A stretch of 64,000 nucleotides of DNA, taken from Vicugna vicugna (lineage: Eukaryota). Location: the NCBI GenBank assembly GCA_013265495.1, contig MU061814.1:6017684-6081683 (forward strand), in the 5' to 3' direction. Both the position numbers and the translations under genes were made by a program. The notes beneath the pieces were generated by a model. That model ran no database searches, was not told the DNA's origin, and worked only from the letters and a program-made list of their open reading frames with translations. Below, piece after piece: positions 42,801 to 55,625 of this stretch (position 1 is the first letter of the stretch; each line of letters starts with the position of its first letter).

Positions 42801-45800
42801 GATCATCTGAGCTGCTGAGCCTTTGAACTTTTCAGTTCTATGCATGCTTCTGAATATTCAGATGCGTTTACTGCAGACGCTCCAGGCTGTGAGTGGCCCT
42901 TTCACTCTCATGATGGCGTCTCTCAGCGCAGAAACTAACCACTGTGATGACCTCGTTCGTCAGACTGCTCTCGTCAGTGCTTCTGGGGAGCTGCCTCGGG
43001 AACGTCTGCCTGTCCCCATGACTGCAGAGACCTAGGGAGCTTCTGGAAGACGCTTTCCTTCTACGTTTAGGGTCATGAGCAACACTGTCTTAGTCCCGTC
43101 TGTACTCTGGGGCTTAGACAGCTGGGGCCCCGGAGGGGCTGCCCTCCCCGGGGCACTTCCCGGAGACGGTAAATAGCCTGCCCCGGGGCATAACATACAG
43201 ACCAGCCTCCTCCACCTGCTCCCACTCCGGATCATGGCTCCGGCCCGTCTCCCTGAGGCCAGACAAGCATAATGACACTTTCTCATACCTTTTATTGACA
43301 ATCAGCACTTCCCCCTCTGGCTACTGGTCACCGTGGCAACAGCTGGCTCTACTGACCGTCCGCCATGGCAGCCACCGCCCCCGGCGACCGGCTGTGTTCA
43401 TCCTTCCTGCCGCACGTCCACTTCCTGTCTCACTGGCGTTTGCTCCCTCTCTCCTCCTGCTTCCTTGGGGCTAATCTGCTACTCTTCTCCTCACTTCCTG
43501 ACCATCCCCCAGCTGGAACCTTCCCTCTTTTCTGGAAAGTGCAAGTAGGACTGTAGATGTCCCTTAAACACACTGCAGCTGGGTCCTCCGCGTTTTGACG
43601 TGTTGTGTTTCTATCGTCACCTGGTTCACAGTCTTCCAGCGTCCACTGTGACCTGCTCTGGCGTTGACTGCTGTTGATTTTTAAAAGCTAGTTTCACTGA
43701 GGTCGGAGACCACGCTCTGACTCCATCCTTTGGGGTTTGCTGAGACCTGGGTCATATTCCTGGTAAAGTCAGTCTACCTGGTAAATACTTCCCGTGCATT
43801 TGGACTATTCGACACTCGTTCGGTGCAAACCGTTTGCTTGTGTTGTGACAGGGAGACGCTTCTCCAGAACAGAGACGCAAAACTCCTGAACAAAACAGCA
43901 GCGGAGCCGACCACACAGGGAAAGGACAGCCCTCGTGACCCAGTGGGGTTATTCCAGGAATTCGGGGTTAGTATCTGAAAACTGCCCAAACCTCCTGCAG
44001 CCGCACTGAGCCTGTCGCGGTTCTGAGCCCGAGCGTCCAGCAGGTGAGTCTCCCGCTGAACTGATCCTCGCCACGTGAGGTCCTCGCGACATCAGGGACT
44101 CTTTTTAGGCTAGTGTTTCCTTGGTTTCTCTTGTTTATTTTACTTTTGGTGGGGGAGGTAATTAGTGTTACTTTTTGTTTCCTGAAGGAGGCGCTGGGGA
44201 CTGCACCCTGGGCCTTGTCGTGCTGCGCACGCGCCCCACCACAGAGCTACACCCATCACCTTGGTTTCTCTTCTTCACCTTTTTCCTTTTAACCTTTCTG
44301 TGTTCTTATCTATGAAGCTTGTTACCTACAAACAACAGATTTTCCTTGAAAAACAAGCTGACAGTCTTTTCTTTTTCGTGCACGTTCAGCAGATTTGCAA
44401 CAAAGGGGCTGTTGGTGTAGCTGGGCGACCGTGTCGCTGTGTGTTTTCTGTTTGTCCTTTTGTGGGTTTGGGGCCTTTAACCCTCCTTGCTTGCCTTCTT
44501 TCAAATTGATCAAGTATTGCTCCATTTTTCTGCTCATAAGCCTTTGAACTGCGCGTGATTTTTGTTGCCATTCATTGTGACTTTGCGAAGAAGCAAGAAC
44601 CATCCAACCGCCAGGCTTGCTCACCTCTCCCGTCCTCTGAGCTGCAAGTATCGTGCATACGCTCCTGTTTGTGTCAAAGAACCATAAATGTTGCTTTAAA
44701 CGATCAAGATGTTTTCCAGCGAGGGCTGTGTTTAGTACTTCTTGTCAGCTGGCAGTGAACCCCTCAGTTTGTTTGCTGGTGTGACACTGTCTTCTCGCAG
44801 CCTTGGTCTGTGCACGCTCCTGGGGGGCGTGGGGCCCGGCGTTTCCGCAGCCCCCCAGGGGCGCCCCGCTGCGGCCCAGCTCCCGTGCTTCTGCCGGCAA
44901 GTCAGACCGCCATCTTGGTGCTTTTCCTCTTACCGGCCTTCCGCTCGGCTGCTTCTGCAGTTCTTGTTTTTGTCTGTGGTTTTCAGCCTGGTTCTGGGGC
45001 TGCTCTGCCCTGCTCTTCCTCCTGCTCTGGGGTCACTGGGCTTCTTGAACGTGTGCATCGACGTCTTCCATCGTTTTGGACAGTTCTCAGCTGCTGTCTC
45101 TTCAGATGCTGCTTCTGCTCCAATTTCCCTCTTCTGGGCCTGCGGCCACACGCGTGTCGGACATTTCCACTGTTCCCACATGTGTCTTCTCCTTCTCTGA
45201 GCTTCGGCCTGGACCCTCTGTCTTCCAGCCGCTCGCCCTCTGCTGGCGGTGCCCAGGCTGCTGCTGAACTGCCTCGTGGGTCCTCAGCGTCACACAGGTG
45301 TGTTCAGTCCCAGCAGGCTCACTGGGCTCTTTCTTACAGCCCAGTTCTCTTGAAAGCCTCCCCCTTAACCTCTCTTTCACCACCTCCTTGAATGTGGTGT
45401 AGACATCTCCCGGTTTGACTCCTGGGAGTGGCCCCTCTGGGGTCTCAGCCGGAGGCCTGGGGTGCATCGCCGGGCCCCTCGGCCGGCCCGGGCTCGAACC
45501 CCGCTCAGTGCCCAGTGCCGCACGGTGGCATTAATCTCTGCTCCTTGGGCTTCTTCCTGCAGGACCCTGGCTCTGTGGGCGTCCCAGGAGTCGAGGGGCT
45601 TGTCTGCAGACTTGGGGGCTGCTTCTCTGTGGCTTCTTGCTTTTTGAGATTTTCCCCCTAGGCCCAGACCCCCTGGCTGCCCCAAAGGACACTTCCCACG
45701 CTGCTCTCTGCTCAGCCTCTGTTCCCTGCACCAGCGTTTGGGGAGTGTGCTGGAGAAAAATCCAGGAGCATGTACAGCTGATCTGTCCTCATCCTGCTCC

Positions 45801-48800
45801 CAAGGGCTCAGCCTCCAAGTCCCACCTGCACCGCTGTGTGCCAGGATGGGTGTGTGCATGTGTATACATGCGTGAGCGTGCATATGCATGCATGCGCGTA
45901 TATGCACTGTATGTGTGTGTGTATATGTACTGTGTGGGTGTGTGTATGTGTGTCTATGTGTGTGGGGTTTGGGGGGCCAGTGTCTGAAATAGTTTTTGCC
46001 TGGAGGGTAAACCCAATACAAGCTAGTCATGGTTGAAACTGGAAATTCACAGTTTTTTTTTTCAGGACGTTTTCTTTAAAATAAATTAATGCCCTTCCGT
46101 CAGCACCTCAGTTACGTGCAACCACCGCGCTGACAACGGTCCAGACTGGGCTGTTATACACTTAGAGTGTGCGCTGCATAGTAAGCCAGCGTCCCCGGGC
46201 AAGAAACCCTCACTTCTATACACACATGCCCGACCACGTGCGGCTGGAACCCGAGTTTCTGAGGCCACCCACTCACATGTTGAGAATATGGTAAATATGG
46301 CAAGACGCCTAAACGAATTTGTAGACATGGAGAAAGATTTGCGGCAGTCAACAGATCTCAATAACCAACCATTTATTACTGCAACCCTCTGTGCTCAAGA
46401 AAGGGCAATGTTATGTATGGATGCATTTTTAAAAACTCTTTGAAATCCATTCCTGAGCCACAATATTTCAGTGAGAAATTCGATTAAATATGAGCAATGC
46501 AATACCTCGATGAACTTGCTGAGAACCTTCCGCTGGATGACTGGACACACTTAAGGGAAGTGACATCAGATGTGAGAGTGAGCGCGGGTGGCCATCCAGG
46601 CCGACACGCCTCTCACCTCCCTTCCCCATGGACCACAAACTTCTTTCTTTCTTTTTCTAGGAGCAATTATCTATCTGTCTATTTTAAAAAGAAATTCAAC
46701 TTGTTTAAACTAAAAGAACACCAAAACATTTCACTTATTTCCCCCACTTCTGGAAATCACCGAACTCCCTCCACTGTACCTACGAGCTTGTGTGTGCGTG
46801 TTTCAGATTCACGTACAGGTCACATCACGTGGTATTTGTCGTCCTCTGTCTGACTTGTTTCACTGCGCACGATGCCCCACGGCCCCCGTGCACTCGTCTT
46901 GTCACACGTGGCAGGATGTCATTCTTTTTTATGACTAATATTCCACTGCACCTGAGTGGTGTGTGTATATAAGCGATTTTCTTTATCCATTCATATCTTG
47001 GCTTTTGTAAATAATGCTGCAATGAGCAAATCTATTTCTTTTAGGCATGATGGAAACTTTCTGAAATTTCTTACTTGTTTTTAAAAACTAACATAGCCCT
47101 TCTGCACAGCAGCGCAGGGCCTCTCCATGAGCTGGCCTGCTTGTGGGCCCCAGCCGTGCCACGCCCACCCAGGGAAAGCCCCTCAGGGAACCGAGACAGG
47201 GAAGCGGCCTGGGCTCTGCGCAGCCACCCTGGACGCGCGCTCTCTGAGCCCTAGCAGCCCAACGGTCCTGTGGTGACCAGCGAAAGAGAAGAGGAGAGCC
47301 CCCTCTTCTCAGGAATGACGCTTATGCACAAACCGGCACTTACTGAAACCCACGGGGAAGCGGGCCCCTTGGACATGGGCCACCCAGCGGTCCTTTAACT
47401 CCCAGGGACACCGCTAGGGCGGGGTCACCCTGAGCCTCTCTCAAAACCCAACTTTTCTCTGTCCTCAGAACTCGTTTCATGACAGTAAACGATGGACGGG
47501 GCAGAGGGGCAGCCTGGCTGCACGTGGACCACGGCCTGACCACGGCCCGGCCACGGTCGGGGTGGGGATGGGCCCGCTTGCTGGACCACAGGGAAGCACC
47601 TCTCTGCCACAAACCCATCCGCACGGCTCTGCCTGGGCCCTGAAGCCCACAGGGCCTCAGCTACCTGCAGACGCGGGCCGTGTCTGGTGCAGGCGGACGG
47701 TAGCAAGGACAGGCACCGTTTCTGGGAAGAAGCCCAGCTTTGGTGACTAAAGGGCAGCACACGCCGAGGACACGGACACTGGGCTTCGTCCCCACATCTT
47801 TCCAGAAAGGAACAGGGTCAGAGCTGTCTGGTTCCTCGCCTCCGGGACGGGGGCACAGTGTCCTGCCCCTCCTCTCCTGCCCTGCCCCTACAAGTCGGCA
47901 ACCTTGCACAATGCCGGTGACCCCAAACCTCACCGCCTGGAGGCTGGGGCTGCAGCTGCCCCACCTGCCCAAGGCTGGGCACTGAGAGGCTTTCGCTGGC
48001 CCTGGCTCACGCCGATGCCCGGGCCCGACTGCTGCAGCCCCCCCCCGGCCCTGCCACCACCCGCTGGCCACCTGGACCTGAAGATCAGGCTGCCACAGCA
48101 GACAAGCATGTGCCAATGTCTGCCCCCGTGTGCAGAGTGCCTGTTCCAGCCTGTCTGGCCTCAAAACCACTGGGTCCACAGCGGAGGCGTCTGTCTCCTC
48201 GTGGCTCCTTAGCTGACTCCAGAGCGAAGCCCTGGGCAAGTCCATCCGGGCTGTGAGAGGCGCACCAGCCAAGCGGTGAGCCAGAAAGACCCCGGGCATC
48301 CTGGACGGGACGGCCCCTGGGAACCCCGGGCACTGGCTGGAGCCAACTCCAGAGGAGGCCCGTCGCTTGACCCCGGCCTCCAGGTCCAAGGGGCATCGAT
48401 CTAGAAGGAGAGACAGACGAGTTACAGACTGTCGGGAGCAAAGGGACCAGGAAGACATCAGCACAGACACACATCACCCCTACTCACCGGGTCCCCGTCC
48501 AAGCCCCACAAGGATGACCAGTCACGCGTCTGGAAAGAAGCTCACAGTTAACTCTCCAGAGCAGACACGCAAAAAACAGAACGCCAGCCCCTCCCACCAA
48601 GACCGTCCTGTTCGAAAGGAGTGCGTTTGATTTATTTCTAAATACAATTTATGTGGTTAAGCTCTCCTGGAAGATTTTTGTTTTCTCCAGGGAAACAATC
48701 GAACCTAACAGAACTGCCTTTAAATAAACGCCAGGGACACCGCTAGGGCGGGGTCACCCTGAGCCTCTCTCAAAACCCAACTTTCCTCTGTCCTCAGATC

Positions 48801-51800
48801 TCATTTCATGACAGTAAACGATGGACGGGGCAGAGGGGCAGGCTGGCTGCACGTGGACCACGGCCCCAGCCACGGTCGGGGTGGGGATGGGCCCACCTGC
48901 CAGACCGCAGGGAAGCACCACTCTGCCACAAGCCCACCCACGCTGACCTCAGACGCAGCAAATGGACCTCTGTAGCCACAGTCGGCGACAGTCAGGAACT
49001 CGCAGTGACCCAGCACCGCAGCAGAACCCCTTCGACACCGGCCAGAACGGCTCCGTCTGAGGAGCTAGTTTTCAACCTGCTGCCGTATGAGGCTTCTCGT
49101 TAGCATGGAAATCCCTCAGAAAAATATCTTAATTTAAATATAAAAACACATTTGACTTTGTGTAACATGTTGCCGTGAGGGTGAAGCAACTATCACTGCA
49201 AAGTGGGCGCTTGGGTCACCATGAGTGACACCGGGCTGGGTGGGTGTGGCTGGGGGGGGCCACTACCACAGAGGCTCCACACAGCCCCCGAGCTCGCTCA
49301 GGACACGCGGTGCCCACGGGGACGCATGCAGTGGACGAGTGTCTGGTCCAGGCTGCCCAGCCGGCCGCTCTCACGTCTTACCTGGGTGGGGGGGTGGCTC
49401 CCTGGGCTCCGGCCGGCCGTGCGCCAGAGCGAGCCTCGTGGGCTCTGAGTGGACGAGAGTGGAGGGGCTGGAGGGCGGCGCCTCTGCTCAGACCAGCGTC
49501 CCCCCAGGGTGACTCGGGCTGGCGCCAGGCCCTGGAACACAGGGAACGAGTCTCTCCCATGTGAACGGACACCGGCTGCTGGGCTCTAGAGAGTTCCAGA
49601 AGCACTGCCCCTGCCGGGCCTGCAGTGAGCAGAGCTGCCGTGCGATGCAGCCAGGGTCTCGCTGGGTGAGGGTGCCGGGCACTTTTATCAGCTCGCCACT
49701 CCCAAATGCAGGGTCTCCGTGCGCAGCTTGCGTGCGTGGGGGTCTCTCTCCCAGGAGCAAAACGATCACAACAGGGCGGGCTGGCACAGAAGGTCAGACC
49801 CACACGAGAGTGTGAGGCGCACGCACAGCTGCGCCTCCCGGGAGCCTCATCTGGAAGGTGCTTCAGGTTGTGTATGCCTGGCTATTTACCTGAAAGGCCT
49901 AATGTGTCCATCGATGCCCTTTCACAAGAGATGGTCTAAGACTCCAGGATCAAGGTCTTTGATTCATTGCCAAGCACCACATGGAAACAGTCTTTATACC
50001 AAAATCAAAACAAAACCCAGCTGCAGCTGCTCTCCTGAACGTCGGGGTCAGCCCGCAGAGAACCGTCGAGAACAGCGGAAGGACACTGCTGGCGGCCCCC
50101 GGTCCAGCCAGACCCCACCCGCCGCCACCCGAGGCCTGAGTTCTGGCCCCGAGGAGCTGGTGGGAGCCTCGCACATCCTTCCCGCAAGACAGTCAGGAGG
50201 AACCTTGGCTCCTCCCTGGCAACACCGCCCAGCCGACACGTGCAGGACGTGCGGGGCTTCTGGGAGGCCACGAGGCGGCGCCGCCCTGTGTCCCCACCCC
50301 AGTAACCAGAGTGAGCTGGTTCACCTCCAGTTTATTCCCCTGAAATCAAAGTTACCTGTGTTCTCACAGCATTTTTCAAGGTCTCTTCTGGATTAACACA
50401 CACCCCCAAACACAGCTCAGGGAACAGCCACGCTCTGAGCCACGCACGTGCTTGTCAGTTTCTACTCAGTGACCAGTGACTTTTAGCAGGTAGGAAGCCA
50501 GCCTACTGCTGCAGACGTGATACAAGTAAAAGAACCAAGTTAAGCCGAATCAAAGTGAAAAGTACAAAAGTCCTCTGATGGAGAAGTCGGTTAAAGAGCA
50601 ATGGCCCAGGAACAAGGCCACCTGCGGAACTTGGCTGGCAAGTCAGTGTTGTCAGACCCACAAGAACAGGAAGCTCCAGAAAGGCCCCGTGGGCACTGGC
50701 TGTGGGTTTCTGCTTGGCACTGCCTGTGCATTCGACGATGCTCTTAATTTAAACACCTGCAACCACCACCCCTTTCTTCTGCAAAATTGCAGGCCGGCCA
50801 TACTGGGGCACCACAGGCCCCCCTCGAGAAGACCAGGCAGGCCCTTGGGGACCCTGCGCCCAACAGACCTCACATCGGGGATGAGCCCTACCCGCTTCTC
50901 CAACCATGAGCCACGGTCGTGCTGTCGGTCCGATGGGCACCCCCAAAATTACAAAATGAAGGGCTTGGCTCTGGAAGAAGCTTGTCAACAATCAGCTCCA
51001 GGAGCCTGGGGGTCGGTCAGGAAGCGCCCCCAACCCCCCGAACCCAGTGAGGAGAGAGGGTCACCCACCGTCACAGCACAGGCCCCCGTCTCCTTCCCAG
51101 GGCACTCGGGGGGCTGCCTCCTGGAGCCTGGGCAGCAAGAAGCGGGCAGCAGTATCCTTGCTTTGCCATCAGTAGCACCTGGTCTGGGGCTCTTTTCTTT
51201 CTTTGAACCTGCTTCCATGTCCCCGGCGCACACACCACCCCTGTGCTCCCCAGGCCGCTGGTCGCCTGGGGCTCAGGGGCACGCGTCCCGGCCGGGCAGC
51301 ACCCAGGGGGGCCCCCCCATCGGGGCGCTCACATCAGGCGGGCCCCTAACAACATCTTGAACTGAATGGAAAACTGTGACTCGTCTGGAAACAGTGCTGG
51401 CAGTGGGTGGACGTGGGGAACTCTTGAGGGGCTGACGTCTGTCGCATCTGTTCGCAGAAGCCGAAGTCTGGGAACCGAGCCACACGGAGCAGACTGACTC
51501 AAAGGCATCTCTGACCCTGGACGTGCCACAGGAATCTGGGCCTTGCAGGGCAAGTGTCTGCGGCAGGTGCCTGGAGCGCTGGCCCCATCCTGGCTCCCCG
51601 CGGGCATCTCCCAGCCCCGCCTGCCGCCAGGGACCCACCTGCCACAGGGAGGGTCAACCACACAATCTTGGAAAATAAGGCTTTTTTCTGGGTGTTTCCA
51701 CTCCTCATTTTAGTGTAAGCCCCGAACAGGCAGATAGCTGACGATGTGAGAAGAGCGTGTCCCACAACAACCCATTCCTCCAGCAAGGCCGGCAGCCTCT

Positions 51801-54364
51801 CTGCCCCACCCACCAGGCACTGCCCAGCCACCAGCGAAGGACTCTGCCAACCTCCCAACCCTTTCACGAGGGTGCAACTATCAACAACAGCAACAAAGTG
51901 GGAGGTTTAGAGGATCAAAAGCACGGAGGTTAGAACAGCCTAGAAATGACAAAATACCAAAACCCAGCAGTTCGCTTCCCTGGAGTCACAGATGGACTGA
52001 AAGCACACGAGCTCTGGGCTCCCCGCAAACTGCGGAGGGAGGTGTGCGCAGAGCCTCGGCCACGCCCGGGGCAGGTGTGGCTGCCTGACTGCCATGTCAA
52101 GAGCGAGGGAACACGCAGCATTCAGTGACCCCCCTCAGAGGGGACCACCCGACGGGGTCACCACCCACTCCCGTGACTGCACCTGGTGCCAGGATGGGAT
52201 CTGGGTCTCTGCTGGGTGACGGGGAACCCAGAGGAGTGGAGGCCATCTCTCCTGTGACCCTTGGTGCCACGTCCCAGAGCCCCGCGGTCAGACCGCTGGC
52301 CCGACCAGGTGAAATCAGTGTTTTCGGGCTAGCTGGACCTTGGCCCCACCCAAAGCGCGGTTCCCACACAGACACAGGCCCACTTGGAAGGCAGAGGCTG
52401 CCAGACGCGGGACGGCAGAAGCACCAAGAAATCACCCGCCACAACACAGTGGTTCAGCAACGGAGGGGCCGGTGCCGCCCTCCCGGGGCCTCTGACACAC
52501 AGCTTCACCCAGAACCGAGGGCAGAGACAGGCGGAACGGCTGTCCCAGCCCGCAGGGGAGGCGCTGGAGGCCCCCAACCTCCCCACCCAAGATCCACAAA
52601 GCCTGCCCAGCCAGCGCCTCCCCTGGACAGCCACTGGGTGGACTTGCCTATGCTGAACCCCAGAAGCCACAAACGCCCCAGAACCAGCGCTCTGACTTTA
52701 CCAGACCAGCAAACAGCCAGTGGTTTCTGCTGACAAGCAGCATTCGAGCCAAGAGGGAGTTTATCAGACGCAATTTGCTTACATGTTCCTTGTTCTACAA
52801 ATACTATTTTGATTTAAATTCACAACCATGTGAGTGACGCTATTCCCATTTCTCAGATGCAAACAGTGAGGCCCAAACACGTCTGTTAAAGTGTGTCCAA
52901 CACCAAACAGCCTTGAGCCAGTCGGCCGCCAAGTCCGACCCAGCCTCGCTGCAGCCGCCCCAGCGCTGGCACTCGGGAATAACGAGAATGGAAACACATT
53001 GTCCACTTCCAGTCTTTATTGACCACAAGCAACTTGCATCACAAAACTTCGGATATTTTAGTGGTCGTGAAAACAGAGTCATGAAAACATTGTTTTTAAA
53101 ATTAGAGTAAAAATGAAAGATACACTTTCCAGACCCCCGACACCAAAGACGGTTGCAGGTTCTCCTCTGCTTCCTTCCAGGAAACCACGCCTGGATCCCC
53201 ACTGTCACCCAGGCCCCGCCAGCCACACGCGCTGGGGCTGCAGGGCCTTGGGGTGGCCCCCCAAGCTCTGCATTGAGCCCCCTGCTTTGGGGGTGCGTCC
53301 CCTGGCCCTGAGGAGGAAACGGCCACACCTGCGCTCCTTCACATGCACCAACCCAGCAGAGTGCGTCTCTCTCTGGACAGACAGCCAGACACGGTCAGTA
53401 CCTCCCCCAGGCGCCCAGAACAGGCGGTCTGCAGAGCCCTGAGCCAAGCGGGAGAGGCCCCCTCTCAGGCCGGCACCCGGGGGCCCACGGCCTTCCCGTC
53501 CTGTCTGGAGGAGGCCTGGGCGGCCTGTCGGAGGCTCAGCCACTTCTGAGTTAGTCTGTTATTCGCTTCTGGGCAACTGAAACTCAGCTGGAGACATTTA
53601 AGGTGTAAACACAGCACCCAAATCCTTTTAAAAAACTCAAGTGTATCCAGAACTACCTGCTGGAAACAGCGACTACGCACCCTGCCCAACCCCACCACGC
53701 AAAGTGAATCGGGGCAAAGGCTGGGGCTGGGGGCCAGCAGAGGGCGCCCGCGCCTTCCCTCCTGCCGCCCTGACTTGTGAGGCCTGCCCCGGCCTGTCCC
53801 CGGCCCGTCCCAGTCTCATCCCTGTCCCCAAGCTGTTCCCATCCCAGGCCTGTCACAACCAGAGCACTTCTCAGCTCCACTGGGTGGAGAGTTAGAGGCC
53901 TCGATTTCAAGTGTGAAACGTCCCCCTCCTGGTGCCCCGATAGCCCCACACTGGCTGCCTCCTCTTGGAAGGCAACCTTGACCCACCAACCCACAGGCAC
54001 TCCTGGCCAGACAGAGCCCGGCCCTCCTGTCAACAATCACACAAACCCGAGCGCGAGCGCGAGCGGGGCCTGCACTTACGGGACAGGGAGTGGGCGCCCT
54101 TGGGCAGGTACTCCAGCAGCAGGGAGCCGTCCTCCCCCAGCGCGTCGGCCTTGAGGGACAGCAAGCTGTTCTTACTCATGAGCGCTGCCCGCAGGTTGGC
54201 CACGGCGGTGGCCTGGTGCAGCGCGTCCTCCTTCTCTGGGGTGAGAGGTGGGCCCAGGTAGCCAGCTTCTCCGCCCAGGAGACCCTCGTCCATGTGCGCG
54301 TAGAGCTCCGGCCGCTCCCCGCGGCTGTCCGAGCTGCTGGCTTCGGCGACGGTCAGGTCAGCGC
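36894..54364 (-). CDS. ZBTB46: Zinc finger and BTB domain-containing protein 46, last three coding exons (BTB exon beyond the window end)
   Basis: Exons 54364-54080 (285 nt; [14 protein letters not shown]...HSLS), 38093-37918 (176 nt; [51 protein letters not shown]) and 37268-36894 ([10 protein letters not shown]...DKDFTWIS*). Phases match; GT-AG. Confidence 0.96.
40651..40700. repeat. Perfect 25-bp tandem duplication
   Basis: CAGCATGAGACCTTGATTTTCGTGT twice, followed by partial CATCATG. Confidence 0.95.
41098..41543 (-). mobile_element. MLT1 (ERVL-MaLR) solo LTR, MLT1C-like
   Basis: CTAACAAATACCACAAACTGGGCAGCTTAAAGCAGCAGAAG...GGGTCACATTCACAGGTTCCAG matches the reverse complement of the recalled MLT1 consensus; length ~450 bp. 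Confidence 0.8.
43550..46050 (-). mobile_element. Degraded L1M fragments (ORF2 N-terminal, ORF1 and 5' parts)
   Basis: GTTTTGACGTGTTGTGTTTCT, CTACCTGGTAAATACTTCCCGTGCATTTGG and TTTTGGACAGTTCTCAGCTGCTGTCTCTTCAGATG resemble antisense old L1. Boundaries approximate. Confidence 0.6.
45845..45965. repeat. (TG/TA)n-rich low-complexity tract
   Basis: GTGTGTGCATGTGTATACATGCGTGAGCGTGCATATGCATGC...GTGTGTATGTGTGTC. Confidence 0.85.
46265..46440 (+). mobile_element. Possible TcMar-Tigger transposase fragment
   Basis: Translation [19 protein letters not shown] weakly resembles the recalled Tigger C-terminus (EIVDMAKKV..EGFQDMD). No TIRs identified. Confidence 0.3.
46700..47030 (-). mobile_element. L1 3' end fragment (L1MA/MB-like)
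   Basis: GGTATTTGTCGTCCTCTGTCTGACTTGTTTCACT...TTTTCTTTATCCATTCAT...TTGTAAATAATGCTGCAATGA is a typical antisense L1 3' end. Confidence 0.8.
47402..47621. repeat. Copy 1 of a ~220-bp local direct duplication
   Basis: Aligns by eye with 48731-48940. Confidence 0.95.
48731..48940. repeat. Copy 2 of the ~220-bp local direct duplication
   Basis: Begins CCAGGGACACCGCTAGGGCGGGGTCACC like copy 1; offset 1329 bp. Confidence 0.95.
53734..53747 (+). promoter_or_regulatory. CTCF core motif
   Basis: CCAGCAGAGGGCGC is an exact match to CCASYAGRKGGCRS, preceded by GG. Motif match only. Confidence 0.6.
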
Positions 54365-54699
54365 CTGGGGAGGGAGACACACGTCAGAGAACTCGCAGGG
54401 CCCTTCAGACTCTCCGACCGGCAAATGGGCAGATCTGGGAGAAGCCAGGCCCAGCTGCTCGTGGTGAAGCTGGACCCCGTCCCCCAAGCCGAGGTCCCAG
54501 GACAGTGGAGAAGCCGAGCCAAGGCCTCAGGCTTGCCGTCCAGGACAAGGGGCTCGGCTCCAGTATCCACAGTGTTCCCACCCCTCAGAGGAGGGGCCGC
54601 ACTCAAGGTGGGTCAGTGACCTAAAGCAAGAGCCAGAAAGCCTCCACGACCTCAGCAGGGCCCCGGGTCCTCAGATGTGACACCAGAAGCACAAGCACT

Positions 54700-55625
54700 C
54701 ACACAGGTCGCTTGGACCTTGTCACAATTAAAGCCTCATATGCCTCGACGGACACTGGCGGCAATGTGAGAAAACAGCACGGAGCAGGAGGAACTGTGTG
54801 CAAACCACGCGTCTGGTACGAGGCTCTGTCCAGACTAAGGCAAGAGAAAGACAAATGCCCCAATCAAATTTGGGCAAAGGACTCGAACAGATGTTTGTCC
54901 AAAGCAGATACACAAATGGCCAGTGAGTGATGCTCACCATCACTCGCCGGGGCCGTGCAACCCAGACCACGCGAGCCCGCCTCCGCCCACCCATCCAGAC
55001 TGCCGCCATCGATGAGCCCCGGTAACCAGCGTGGGCAGGATGCGGAGACGGCGGAGCCTCCTACGTGGCGGGTAGGAACGTGCAGAGGCGCAGCCGCTGT
55101 GGAAGAGTCCGGCAGCGCGTCGGAAGGCTGACTGCAGTCACCGCGGCAAGTCCACCTGCAGGAGGACCCTGAGAGCATGTCTGTGCAAGGTCACAGCAGC
55201 GTCGTTCCCGACAGCAAGTGCAGCAGCCGAACAACGATGGATAAGGGGGTGGGTCCCTCCAGGCAGAGGAGTGTTCCTCAGCCACAAAAAGGGGTGACAC
55301 ACTGACACTGTGGGTCGCCTTGAAATCGTTATGTTCAGTGGAAGAAGCCAACACAGACGGACAAAAATTGTATGATTCCACTCAACCAAATGCCGGAAGA
55401 GGCAAATCGAGAAAGGCAGGAGACTGGGAGTGCCAGGGGCTGGGGGAGACAAGGGTCCTGGGGTGAAAGCTGAGGGGTACGAGGTTTCCTTCTGGGCTGA
55501 TGAAAACGTCCTAAGGTCGACCAGGGTGATGGCCGCACAACTCCGTGAATACACTAAAAGCTAGGGAACAGCATGCTCTAAGTGGGTGGATTGTAGGATG
55601 TGTGAATTATATCTCAAATAAGCAG
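54700..55625 (+). mobile_element. L1MB/MC-type ORF2 3' end and 3' UTR, antisense to ZBTB46
   Basis: TGGGCAAAGGACTCGAACAGATGTTTGTCCAAAGCAGATACACAAATGGCCAG; AAATTGTATGATTCCACTC; ends TGTGAATTATATCTCAAATAA. Confidence 0.8.
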
